A stretch of 64,000 nt of DNA from Actinomycetes bacterium (GTDB lineage: Bacteria > Actinomycetota > Actinomycetes > S36-B12): the NCBI GenBank assembly GCA_965227045.1, contig OZ245718.1, forward strand, positions 451,031 to 515,030, in the 5' to 3' direction. The position numbers and the translations under genes are program-made. Below are positions 16,429-25,069 of this stretch, one piece after another. Below the pieces are notes generated by a model. The model was given only the letters and a program-made list of their open reading frames with translations, made no database searches and was not told the DNA's origin. How positions within the stretch are numbered: the stretch's first letter is position 1; each line of letters opens with the position of its first letter.

Positions 16429-16781
16429 TCTATCACCTGTCGACCGCTTCTGACTGGGAGGCCGCTCAGGCCGCCGGGACGTACGAGATCTCGACGCGGG
16501 GGATGACGCTTGCGGAGGTGGGTTTCATTCACGCATCGACGGCTGAGCAGGTCGACGGAGTCGCGGAGATGTTCTACCTCGACTGCGAGGAGGAGTTGGT
16601 GGTGCTCGTCGTCGACGTCGACGCGCTCGCGGACGCTGGTGTGCCAGTGAAGTTCGAGGAGATCGATGGCGGCCAGGTCTTCCCGCACATCTATGCGCCG
16701 CTGCCGTCGGACCTGGTGGCCGAGGTTCGCGCCGCGTCCTTCGATGAGAATGACCGCTTCGTGGTGACCCCCGCGCTCTAG
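16422..16781 (+). CDS. DUF952 domain protein
   Basis: 119 aa. GTG start overlaps the upstream gene's end by 7 nt. IYHLSTASDWEAA...GFIHASTAEQV...FPHIYAPLP matches the DUF952 pattern (from memory). Confidence 0.7.
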   Translation: MLIYHLSTASDWEAAQAAGTYEISTRGMTLAEVGFIHASTAEQVDGVAEMFYLDCEEELVVLVVDVDALADAGVPVKFEEIDGGQVFPHIYAPLPSDLVAEVRAASFDENDRFVVTPAL

Positions 16782-16792
16782 ACAGGCGACAT

Positions 16793-16820
16793 CCTCAATA
16801 CACATCGATGTGTATTGAGG
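16793..16820. promoter_or_regulatory. Perfect 28-bp palindrome (candidate VapB operator and/or terminator of the upstream gene)
   Basis: CCTCAATACACATCGATGTGTATTGAGG is its own reverse complement. It starts 12 nt after the DUF952 stop and contains the vapB ORF's ATG (16808). The half-site TGTATTG recurs directly at 16821..16827. Confidence 0.5.
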
Positions 16821-17047
16821 TGTATTGTCGCGACATAAGTCGCACCAATATCGACCTGCCCGACGATTTGGTCGAGGACGTCATGCGGCGCTATGACCTG
16901 CCGACCAAGAAGAGCGCGGTCGAGTTCGCCCTCCGCAAGGTCCTGGGAGCTCCCCTGACTATGGAGGACATCGAGGCAGCGTTCGGCGTGGGATTCGATC
17001 TTGATCTTGAAGATCTCCGCCCCGCGGATGCCGTCGACATCGAGTGA
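16808..17047 (+). CDS. vapB: Type II antitoxin, VapB family (DUF2191-like)
   Basis: 79 aa. SRTNIDLPDDLVEDVMRRYDLPTKKSAVEFALRKV is the VapB signature. The true start may be GTG 16820. Lower GC than the flanks. Confidence 0.8.
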   Translation: MCIEVYCRDISRTNIDLPDDLVEDVMRRYDLPTKKSAVEFALRKVLGAPLTMEDIEAAFGVGFDLDLEDLRPADAVDIE

Positions 17048-17457
17048 CGCGCTACCTGCTCGATACCTCCGTCTGGATTCTCTTCCTTCGTGGGAATCGC
17101 GAGATCCGAACACGTATCGAAGGTCTCCTCGCCAGGGGAGACCAGGTCGTGTCCTGCGGTTTCGTGGGGATGGAGCTTCTCGCAGGTGTCAACGGGCGAA
17201 ATGCCGCGGTTGTCGAGAAGTTGGTCGACGACCTAAGAGACCTGCGATTCGACGAGCATCAGGATTTCGAGACGGCCGCTCGACTGAATGTCGCTGCGCG
17301 GCGGCACGGACTCGCTGTTCGTAGTCTCGTCGATTGCCTCATCGCGAGCATCGTGTTGCGTCAGGACGATGTCGTCCTTGCGCATTGCGATGGAGATTTC
17401 GACAGGCTTGCGAGAGTGTCCACTCTGCGGACCGAGCGATGGGACGACGCTGCCTAG
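17044..17457 (+). CDS. vapC: Type II toxin, VapC (PIN-domain ribonuclease)
   Basis: 137 aa. The GTG start overlaps the vapB stop by 4 nt. PIN acidic residues occur in LLDTSV, GMELL, LVDCLIA and HCDGDF. Confidence 0.85.
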   Translation: MTRYLLDTSVWILFLRGNREIRTRIEGLLARGDQVVSCGFVGMELLAGVNGRNAAVVEKLVDDLRDLRFDEHQDFETAARLNVAARRHGLAVRSLVDCLIASIVLRQDDVVLAHCDGDFDRLARVSTLRTERWDDAA

Positions 17458-17654
17458 GCGGTGCGCATCGCGCGGTACACACGCCGCTTGAGCCTGACCG
17501 ACTTCCTGCCGTCGGGATAGATGCGCAGCCGGTCGAGTTCCCAGTGCTCGGTCTCGGCCGCGCCGGTGAGCAGCACGCGGGCGACCTCTCTGCTGGTGCC
17601 GCGGGGCAGGGACAGGTCGCGGAACTCCCAGGTCGGTTCCGTGCGCACTGTCAT
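17454..17654 (-). CDS. Small conserved actinobacterial protein (DUF5703-like)
   Basis: 66 aa (MTVRTEPTWEFRDLSLPRGTSREVARVLLTGAAETEHWELDRLRIYPDGRKSVRLKRR). High-GC codon usage. Lies directly downstream of the aldo/keto reductase. Family assigned from memory. Confidence 0.6.
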   Translation of the reverse strand: MTVRTEPTWEFRDLSLPRGTSREVARVLLTGAAETEHWELDRLRIYPDGRKSVRLKRRVYRAMRTA

Positions 17655-17659
17655 GCCCC

Positions 17660-18643
17660 TTACCTCCGCTGAGCCCAGCCGGACTCGGGATAGCCCATCG
17701 GAGGAGCGGACACGTCGTCAAGTGCTGTGTTGATCTCGTCGGGCAGCACGAGTTCCTCGCTCGCGAGCGCGGCGAGCAGTTGCGTGTTCGTGCGGGCGCC
17801 GAGGATCGGCGCGACGACTCCGGGGCGGTCACGCAGCCAGGCGAGGGCAACCTCGGTGGGGGAGCAGCCCAGTCCCTCCGCCGCAGTCGAGAGGGCATCG
17901 ATGATGCGTCGGCCGCGCTCATCGAGGTAGGTCTGCACCCAGGCGGCGGTATCGGCGTTCGCGCCACGCGAGTCGATGGGCGTGCTGTGTCGGTACTTAC
18001 CGGTCAGGACTCCGCGACCGAGCGGCGACCACGGCAGGATGCCCATGCCCAGGCTCTGCGCGGCGGGAATGATCTCCCGTTCGATGCCGCGCTCGAGCAG
18101 CGAGTACTCCATCTGCGCGGTGACCAGGTGAGCGCGCCCGGGCACGGCCTGCTGCCACGTCGCGGCGCGCGACATCTGCCAGCCGGAGTAGTTCGAGATG
18201 CCGGCGTAGCGGGCCTTCCCGCTCTGCACTGCGTGGTCGATCGCCGCGAGTGTCTCGTCCATCGGTGTCCAGGGATCCCACGCGTGCAGCTGCCACAGGT
18301 CGACGGCTTCCGTTCGCAGCCTTCGCAGCGAGGCATCCAGCGATCGGAGCAGGTGCACGCGCGAGGTGTTCGTGCGCCGCTCGGAGCCGTCGACCGCTCC
18401 GGCCTTTGTGGCGATGACGACCTGGTCGCGAACCTCGAACTCCTCCACCAGTTCGCCGACGAGCGACTCGGACGCGCCGTTGCCGTAGGCATCGGCGGTG
18501 TCGAGGAGAGTGCCGCCGGCGTCGAGGAAGACCGCGAGCTGGTCGCGGGCGTCGAACTCGTCAGTGCTGCGGCCCCAGGTGCCGGTGCCGAGCGCGAGCC
18601 GGCCGACCCACAGGCCGGACCTGCCGAGGGGCCTGAGTTCCAT
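17660..18643 (-). CDS. Aldo/keto reductase
   Basis: 327 aa. LGRSGLWVGRLALGTGTWG, DTADAYGNGASE, ATKAG and ISNYSGWQ are AKR family blocks. Confidence 0.9.
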   Translation of the reverse strand: MELRPLGRSGLWVGRLALGTGTWGRSTDEFDARDQLAVFLDAGGTLLDTADAYGNGASESLVGELVEEFEVRDQVVIATKAGAVDGSERRTNTSRVHLLRSLDASLRRLRTEAVDLWQLHAWDPWTPMDETLAAIDHAVQSGKARYAGISNYSGWQMSRAATWQQAVPGRAHLVTAQMEYSLLERGIEREIIPAAQSLGMGILPWSPLGRGVLTGKYRHSTPIDSRGANADTAAWVQTYLDERGRRIIDALSTAAEGLGCSPTEVALAWLRDRPGVVAPILGARTNTQLLAALASEELVLPDEINTALDDVSAPPMGYPESGWAQRR

Positions 18644-18756
18644 GCAGGCACGCTACCCCTCGCGAGGGCGGTGGTGGCGTTGCCTCGCGTCGGGGCAGCG
18701 GGGCATCCGATAAGTTTGGAAACGTTTCTACCGATCCGAGGGACTGGCTTAGCTCC

Positions 18757-19968
18757 GTGCGCTGGCAACCCAGAGCCCCGCGGACCAATCGCGGGTGGCT
18801 CCTACTCCTCGGGTCGCTGGTCGCCCTGAACCCGATCGGCCTGGAGATGTATATCCCGGGCCTGCCGGCGATTGCCGCCGGCCTGGACACCGACATCGTC
18901 ACGACCCAACTCACGATGACCGCGCTGCTCTTCGGGGCCGCGGCAGGTCAGTTCGTCGGCGGCCCGATCAGTGACCTCGTGGGTCGACGACTGCCGGTCC
19001 TCATCGGGTTGGCGATGGTGGCGGCCAGCATGGGCATCGGCGCTGCGTCACCGTCGATCGGCGTGCTGATCGCGTGCCGGGCGATTGCTGGGCTCGGCAC
19101 GGGCGTCGTGGTTGTGTGTGCGAACGCGACCGTGCGTGATCGCTACAGCGGCATGAACCTCGCCAAGACGTTCTCGCAGGTCATGGCAATCAGCACGCTG
19201 GTACCCGTGGTCGGCCCGACCCTCGGTGCGGGGATCATGCGCATCTTCGGGTGGCGGGGGCTCGTTGCCTTCCTGGGCCTGATCGCCGCAGGCATCCTCG
19301 TCGCGGCCTTCCGGCTGCTGCCCGACACGAACGCCACCACGGTGCACGAGACCAGGTGGCTGAGCCGCATGCGGTCGGACGGTGCGGCACTTGCTCGCGA
19401 TCGGGATTTCGTCGGCTACGCCGTCGTGCTTCTCCTTGCGAGCGCAGCCTATTTCGCCGGCACGGCCGCCTCCGCATTCGTGCTGCAGGGTGAGTTCGGC
19501 ATGACTCCGCTCCAGTACTCGGTCGTCCTCGGCGTCAATGGCATCGGCGTCATCCTCGTCAGTCTCGTCGCCTCGAAGCGCGTCCATGTCTACGGTCCGC
19601 GGCGACTGCTGATCACAGGCCTATGTCTGCTGCTGGTGACCGCAGTACTGCTGCTGGTGTCGACCGCAGGGTCGCTTGTCGTGCTCCTCGTCGGGCTGTT
19701 CACCTTGAACCTCGGCGTCGGACTGATCTTCCCTGCCGCCAGGGCGCTCGCCCCTCATAAGCACGCAGAGCGCGCCGGCAGCGCTTACGCCATCCTCGGC
19801 GTCACACAGTTCGTGGTGAGCGGCCTTGCGGCCCCGCTCACCGGCCTGCTGCCGTGGGCGTTGCTGACCTCGCTCGGAATCGTCGTCGCCGTCCTATCCG
19901 TTGGCGCCGTCGCTGCCCTCGTCATCACCGACCGCACTACTGCGGAACGGGCGACTGCGTCGGCGTAG
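18757..19968 (+). CDS. MFS transporter (Bcr/CflA-type drug efflux family)
   Basis: 403 aa, about 12 TM. N-terminus LLLGSLVALNPIGLEMYIPGLPAIA and the loop GPISDLVGRR (MFS motif A). Confidence 0.8.
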   Translation: MRWQPRAPRTNRGWLLLLGSLVALNPIGLEMYIPGLPAIAAGLDTDIVTTQLTMTALLFGAAAGQFVGGPISDLVGRRLPVLIGLAMVAASMGIGAASPSIGVLIACRAIAGLGTGVVVVCANATVRDRYSGMNLAKTFSQVMAISTLVPVVGPTLGAGIMRIFGWRGLVAFLGLIAAGILVAAFRLLPDTNATTVHETRWLSRMRSDGAALARDRDFVGYAVVLLLASAAYFAGTAASAFVLQGEFGMTPLQYSVVLGVNGIGVILVSLVASKRVHVYGPRRLLITGLCLLLVTAVLLLVSTAGSLVVLLVGLFTLNLGVGLIFPAARALAPHKHAERAGSAYAILGVTQFVVSGLAAPLTGLLPWALLTSLGIVVAVLSVGAVAALVITDRTTAERATASA

Positions 19969-21565
19969 CGGTGGGCCCGGTGGTAGCCAGATCGGCGGCG
20001 ATCGGTGAACCGTCGGTCCAGGTGTCGGCCGTGCGGCAGGTCTCGCCTGTGCACGTCGCCAGCGCCTTGAGGTGTGAACTCAATTCGGCAACCACCGCAG
20101 CGGGTGTGGAGTCGACGACGTTGTCGATCTCCGCCCGATCCTTCTGCAGGTTGAACAGCTCCCTCACGCCGTTCTTGTACTCGACGTACAGCCACTTCTC
20201 CGTGCGCAGCGCGTAGTAGTTCGGCGTCTTGAAGGCCTGGAAGTCCGGGTCATTGAATGCCGTGTCGCCGAGGCTCTCGGTGAGAACGCCGGTGCGGAGC
20301 CTCGCTGACGGGTTTGCCAGCAGCGGGACGAGCGAACGGCCGTCGGTCCAGTCCGGGACCTGGGCGCCAAGAAGCTCGGCGAACGTCGGGCCGAGATCGA
20401 TGGTCGACGTCATCGCGCTCGACGTCGACCCGGGCGTGATGCCCGGGCCGATGAGGATCGTCGGGACGACCGTGTCCTCCTTGTACGGGGTGCGCTTGCC
20501 GGGGGTGAGCTTGTGGTTCAGGGCGTGGAACCCGTTGTCCGAGCTGACCACGATGAGTGTCGAGTTCAGCGTGCCCGCCTTCCTCAGCGCATTGCGCACG
20601 GCAACGACCGTGTCGGCGATCGACTCGGTCGACTGCACCCGCTCGCGCCAGTAGGCGTCGTACTTCGCCACCCGGCTCGCGCTGATGTGCGGCTTGCGAG
20701 CAAGCCACGGCACGGCGTTCTTGCCCTCGACGTTGAAGGACTTCGCGCGCGGGATCTTCGTGTTCTTATGGCTGCCCGCATGCCGAGCGGCAACAGGGGC
20801 CGGATGGTGGGGCGCCGTCGAGTTCACCTGCAGGTAGAAGGGCGACTTCGCGGTGCTGATGAAGTCGACGGCCTCGTGAGTCAGGACGTCGTTGAGGAAG
20901 TCGCTCTTGCGGTTGGCGTAAGACGCCAGCTTTCCGTCGTCGTTGACGGTGTAGCCGTAGCCGCGGTACATGCCGCTCTTCGTCGTCGGGACGAACCAGC
21001 GGTCCCAACCTGCGGGGATTGCTGTCGGGTCGCCGTCCTCGCCGTAGCCGTTGAGGTACTTGCCGAGGAATGCGGTGTTGACGCCTGCGGCGTGCAGCCA
21101 CACTGGCAGGCAGTCCTCCTCCTCGCCCTTCTCCGCGAACGTCGCCCAGCCGCCCTGGGAGTAGACGAGGTTCGACAGCACGCCGTGGTTGTGGACGTAT
21201 TGCGAGCGCAGGATCGACGTGCGCGACGGGCAGCACAGCGACTCGGTCGCGACCAGATTCGTCAGCGTCAGCCCGTCCTTGTGCAGGGACTTCAGGCGCG
21301 CCACCTGCTCGAAGGTCTCGGTGTCGAGGTCGTCGGCGAGGATGAAGACGATGTTCTTGATGGCCGTCGGGGGACCGGCCGAGGTCGTCGGGGCCGTGGT
21401 CGCAGTCGGCGCGGGCAGCGGATCCTCGGCGAGAGGTGCGGCCTGGGCATCCGAGCTCGCGAGCAGCCGGGATCCAGATACGGCGGCGGTCAGCAGCAGC
21501 GCGATGGCAAGGGCCACAACGACCCAGCCACGCCGACTGGAACGAGCATTAGCGATTAAGTCCAT
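19937..21565 (-). CDS. Sulfatase (formylglycine-dependent, arylsulfatase family), probable Tat substrate
   Basis: ORF 19937..21931. The real start is ATG 21565 (MDLIANARSSRRGWVVVALAIALLL, with an SRRGW twin-arginine-like motif). IVFILADDLD and the CCPSRTSILRSQY (CxPxR) active site are present. Confidence 0.85.
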   Translation of the reverse strand: MDLIANARSSRRGWVVVALAIALLLTAAVSGSRLLASSDAQAAPLAEDPLPAPTATTAPTTSAGPPTAIKNIVFILADDLDTETFEQVARLKSLHKDGLTLTNLVATESLCCPSRTSILRSQYVHNHGVLSNLVYSQGGWATFAEKGEEEDCLPVWLHAAGVNTAFLGKYLNGYGEDGDPTAIPAGWDRWFVPTTKSGMYRGYGYTVNDDGKLASYANRKSDFLNDVLTHEAVDFISTAKSPFYLQVNSTAPHHPAPVAARHAGSHKNTKIPRAKSFNVEGKNAVPWLARKPHISASRVAKYDAYWRERVQSTESIADTVVAVRNALRKAGTLNSTLIVVSSDNGFHALNHKLTPGKRTPYKEDTVVPTILIGPGITPGSTSSAMTSTIDLGPTFAELLGAQVPDWTDGRSLVPLLANPSARLRTGVLTESLGDTAFNDPDFQAFKTPNYYALRTEKWLYVEYKNGVRELFNLQKDRAEIDNVVDSTPAAVVAELSSHLKALATCTGETCRTADTWTDGSPIAADLATTGPTATPTQSPVPQ

Positions 21566-21644
21566 CGAATTAGTATAGATTAGGACCCGTACGCATTCGC
21601 GCAGCCCTGTCCTGCGTGTTCGACCACATTTGAGGGAGCACCGA
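21566..21644. promoter_or_regulatory. AT-rich divergent promoter region between the sulfatase and the sulfonate-type binding protein
   Basis: 79-bp intergenic region with a locally AT-rich core GAATTAGTATAGATTAGG. ATTAG / ATTAAG motifs occur at 21548, 21555, 21569 and 21579. GAGGGAG RBS lies 6 nt before ATG 21645. Confidence 0.35.
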
Positions 21645-22772
21645 ATGACCCGCATGCGAGTACTCACCGCCCTGGCCGCCCTTGCCGTCCTGGGCGCCAG
21701 CTGCCTGGGCGCGACAGGCGCCGGCGCAGCCCCACTTCCTGCGGGCGCGGTGTCCGCGGCAGCATCCGCAGCGGTGCCATACGCGCTGCCCAAGCTGCCC
21801 ACGGCGCCGGTCGTGCGCATCGGGTTCTTCGCCAACCTCACGCATGCTCCCGCGCTCGTCGCGCAGCAGTTACGCCTGTTTGAGGCGTTCCTGGGCAAGG
21901 ACGGCACGAAGGTCGAGTACGTCCTGTTCAACGCCGGCCCCGCCGCAATCGAGGCGATGAAGGGCGGCGCGATCGACGTCGCCTACATCGGCCCGAACCC
22001 TGCGGTTACGGGCTTCAACTCGACCAACGGCGCGCTGCTGCGCGTCGTGTCGGGCGCGACCTCCGGCGGCGCGCAGCTGGTCGTGAAGTCGTCGATCAGG
22101 AAGGTCTCTGACCTCAAGGGCAAGAAGATCGCCACCCCGCAACTGGGCAACACCCAGGACGTCGCGCTGCGCTCGTGGCTCAAGGAGAACGGGCTGTCGT
22201 CGACCACGACCGGCTCTGGCGACGTCGGCGTCATCCCCACGGAGAACGCCACGACGCTCTCTCTGTTCAAGGCCGGCCAGATCGACGGCGCCTGGGTCCC
22301 GGAGCCCTGGGCGTCGAGGCTGGTGATCGAGGCGGGCGCGCGAGTGTTCCTCGACGAGAAGACGCTGTGGCCCGGCGGCCGCTTCGTGACGACGAACATC
22401 ATCGCGGCGCAGTCCTTCCTCGCGAAGTACCCCGGGACCGTGCGGTCCGTCCTGCAGGCCAACGACAGCGCCATCGCGTACATCGCGAAGAACGAGACCA
22501 AGGCGAAGGCGCTCGTGCAGAAGCAGCTGAACACGTGGACCGGCAAGCCGCTGGCGCCTGGCGTCATCGAGCGGTCGTGGGACAACCTGCGGTTCACCTG
22601 GGACCCGCTGCCGCTGACCTTGAAGAAGAGCGCTGATGACGCCGTCAGCGTCGGACTTCTCACCCTCGGGCCGAACAAGCTCACAGGCATCTACGACCTG
22701 CGCCTGCTCAACCAGGTGCTCAAGGCGGCCGATGCTGCGCCGGTCTCGACTGCGGGCCTCGGGCCGCAGTAG
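21645..22772 (+). CDS. ABC transporter substrate-binding protein, NitT/TauT (aliphatic sulfonate) family
   Basis: ORF 21630..22772. ATG 21645 has a good RBS. Signal peptide, then RIGFFANLTHAPALVA...AIDVAYIGPNPAV, typical of SsuA/TauA-like binding proteins. No permease or ATPase gene is adjacent. Confidence 0.8.
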   Translation: MTRMRVLTALAALAVLGASCLGATGAGAAPLPAGAVSAAASAAVPYALPKLPTAPVVRIGFFANLTHAPALVAQQLRLFEAFLGKDGTKVEYVLFNAGPAAIEAMKGGAIDVAYIGPNPAVTGFNSTNGALLRVVSGATSGGAQLVVKSSIRKVSDLKGKKIATPQLGNTQDVALRSWLKENGLSSTTTGSGDVGVIPTENATTLSLFKAGQIDGAWVPEPWASRLVIEAGARVFLDEKTLWPGGRFVTTNIIAAQSFLAKYPGTVRSVLQANDSAIAYIAKNETKAKALVQKQLNTWTGKPLAPGVIERSWDNLRFTWDPLPLTLKKSADDAVSVGLLTLGPNKLTGIYDLRLLNQVLKAADAAPVSTAGLGPQ

Positions 22773-22811
22773 GGAGCATTAGGCTCGGTCGCACTCGACT
22801 GGGAGGCACCA

Positions 22812-23861
22812 ATGCGGCTGGGCTTGAATCTGGGCTACTGGGGCGCCGGCAACGACGCCAACAATCTCGTCCTCGCCCGGGAGGCCGACAAGCTCGGCTA
22901 CTCGGTGGTGTGGGCGGCCGAGGCCTACGGGTCCGACGCGGCCACGGTGCTCTCGTGGGTAGCCGCGCAGACCGAGAAGATCGATGTCGGCTCCGCGGTG
23001 TTCCAGATCCCTGCACGTACTCCAGCGATGACCGCGATGACGGCGGCGACCCTCGACACCTTGTCGGGCGGACGCTTCCGCCTCGGCCTCGGTGTCTCGG
23101 GACCGCAGGTGTCCGAGGGCTGGCACGGCGTGCGCTTCGACAAGCCGCTGACCCGCACGCGCGAGTACGTCACGATCGTGCGCACCGCGCTGGCCCGCAA
23201 GAAGGTCATCTTCGACGGCGAGTTCTTCACCCTGCCGCTGCCCGACGGCCCGGGCAAGGCGCTGTCCCTGACGGTGCACCCGGTCCGCGAGGAGATCCCG
23301 GTTTACCTCGCCGCGATCGGCCCCAAGAACCTCGAGCTCACCGGCGAGATCGCCGACGGCTGGCTGGCGATCTTCTTCTCCCCGGAGAACGCCGCGGAGA
23401 TCATGGCCCCGCTGCGCGCCGGGCGCGAGAGCGTCGGCAAGTCGATGGACGGCTTCGACGTCGTCCCGACGGTTCCCGTGGTCTTCGGCGACGACGTCGC
23501 GGCATGCGCCGACCCGATCCGCCCGTACTCCGCTCTCTACATCGGCGGCATGGGCAGCCGCGAGAAGAACTTCTACAACCAGCTCGCCACCCGAATGGGC
23601 TACGAGGCCGAGGCGATCGAGATCCAGGACAAGTACCTCGCTCGTGAGTACCGCGAGGCATGGGCTGCCGTGCCGATGGAGTTCATCGACCGCACGTCGC
23701 TCATCGGGCCACCCGAGCGGGTGCGCGACCGCCTCAGCGCGTTCGCCGAGGCCGGCGTCACCACCTTGACCATCGCGGCCTACGACGGAGACCTCGAGCA
23801 GCAGCTGTCGACCCTGCGCACCATGGTCGATGTTCTCGAGGCGTCGGGTCTGGCCACGTAG
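22812..23861 (+). CDS. LLM class oxidoreductase, probably F420-dependent
   Basis: 349 aa. MRLGLNLGYWG...YSVVWAAEAYGSDA...GGRFRLGLGVSGPQVSEGWHG matches the F420-dependent LLM subgroup from memory. The cofactor cannot be proven from sequence. Confidence 0.75.
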   Translation: MRLGLNLGYWGAGNDANNLVLAREADKLGYSVVWAAEAYGSDAATVLSWVAAQTEKIDVGSAVFQIPARTPAMTAMTAATLDTLSGGRFRLGLGVSGPQVSEGWHGVRFDKPLTRTREYVTIVRTALARKKVIFDGEFFTLPLPDGPGKALSLTVHPVREEIPVYLAAIGPKNLELTGEIADGWLAIFFSPENAAEIMAPLRAGRESVGKSMDGFDVVPTVPVVFGDDVAACADPIRPYSALYIGGMGSREKNFYNQLATRMGYEAEAIEIQDKYLAREYREAWAAVPMEFIDRTSLIGPPERVRDRLSAFAEAGVTTLTIAAYDGDLEQQLSTLRTMVDVLEASGLAT

Positions 23862-24679
23862 TGTCCTGGTTCGAAGCGATCGTCCTCGGCCTCATCCAGG
23901 GGTTGACGGAATTCCTGCCGATCTCCTCGAGCGCTCACCTGCTGATCTTCTCCCAGCTGTTCGGCTGGGAGGACCCGGGCGCCGCGTTCACCGCAGTCAC
24001 CCAGATCGGCACCGAGATGGCCGTCGTCATCTATTTCCGCCACGAGATCGGCCGCATCATCACGGCCACGTTCCGGTCGATCCGCAATGCCGAGGCGCGT
24101 CAGGAACCCGATGCGCGCATGGGCTTTCTCATCATCATCGGCACGATCCCGGTCGCCGTACTCGGCTTCTTGTTCAAGGACCAGATTGAGACGGCCGCCC
24201 GGAACCTGTGGCTCGTTGCGATCATGCTCATCGTCTTCGGCATCGTGCTGGGCGTGTGCGATGCGCTCGGCGCGCGCGTGAAGTCCGAGGAGGAGATCAC
24301 CGTCCGCGACGGCGTGCTCTTCGGGCTCGCGCAGTCGCTGGCCCTGATCCCCGGCGTCTCGCGGTCGGGCGCGACGATCTCGGCTGGGCTCGCGATGGGC
24401 TACACGCGCGGCGCGGCGACGCGCTATGCCTTCCTCCTTGCGGTGCCGGCAGTGCTCGCCTCGGGACTGTTCGAGGCCCGGAAGATCGGTGACGAGGCCA
24501 ACGTGGCGTGGGGACCGACGCTCCTCGCGACTGCCATCGCCTTCGGTGTGGGCTTCGCGGTGATCCGCTGGCTGATGCGCTACCTGTCGACGGGCACCTT
24601 CTTGCCGTTCGTTCTATACCGCCTCGGCCTCGGCGGGATCCTGCTGATCCTGCTCGGCGTCGGGGTGCTGAACGCGTAG
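23861..24679 (+). CDS. uppP: Undecaprenyl-diphosphate phosphatase
   Basis: ORF 23660..24679. The real start is GTG 23861, sharing 1 nt with the upstream TAG. SWFEAIVLGLIQGLTEFLPISSSAHL and PGVSRSGATI are BacA/UppP signatures. Confidence 0.9.
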   Translation: MSWFEAIVLGLIQGLTEFLPISSSAHLLIFSQLFGWEDPGAAFTAVTQIGTEMAVVIYFRHEIGRIITATFRSIRNAEARQEPDARMGFLIIIGTIPVAVLGFLFKDQIETAARNLWLVAIMLIVFGIVLGVCDALGARVKSEEEITVRDGVLFGLAQSLALIPGVSRSGATISAGLAMGYTRGAATRYAFLLAVPAVLASGLFEARKIGDEANVAWGPTLLATAIAFGVGFAVIRWLMRYLSTGTFLPFVLYRLGLGGILLILLGVGVLNA

Positions 24680-24682
24680 CGA

Positions 24683-25021
24683 CTAGCTCGCCGGGTCGTA
24701 CATGAACTCGCGGAGTTCCTGCGAGCAACGGCATGCCACCGCGATCCTCCTGGCCCACTCGACCCCGTCGGCGCGCGTCGGAAGTTCCAGCACGGTGAAC
24801 CCGCCCTTGAGGTAGGAGCCCGGGTAGATCTCGGCACTCACGGCGCCGTCGGCGGAGACGAGGACCGGATCGACGCCCTCGTGGATCCCGCCTCCGAATA
24901 CGTAGACGCCAGCGGCCTTGGCCTCCTCGATGACGGCGCGGGCGGCGGCGGAGACGATCGGGAACTCCTCATCGGTGAGCACCATGGCTTCGCTTGGGAA
25001 GGAGATGAGGTATTTGGTCAT
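24683..25021 (-). CDS. YciI-like family protein
   Basis: ORF 24683..25057. ATG 25021 gives MTKYLISFPS...AAGVYVFGGGI...GGFTVLELPTRADGVEWA. Family assigned from memory. Confidence 0.6.
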   Translation of the reverse strand: MTKYLISFPSEAMVLTDEEFPIVSAAARAVIEEAKAAGVYVFGGGIHEGVDPVLVSADGAVSAEIYPGSYLKGGFTVLELPTRADGVEWARRIAVACRCSQELREFMYDPAS

Positions 25022-25069
25022 GCGCCGATGCTGCCGTGCGAGCGGCACCGACCGCAATGGTCGTGGTGG

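Noticed and set aside
18719-18728. 10-bp perfect palindrome GAAACGTTTC in the divergent region between the aldo/keto reductase and the MFS transporter, considered as a TetR/MarR-type operator.
   Set aside because: It is short enough to occur by chance. No regulator gene is adjacent and there is no second copy nearby. It is noted but not called as a feature.
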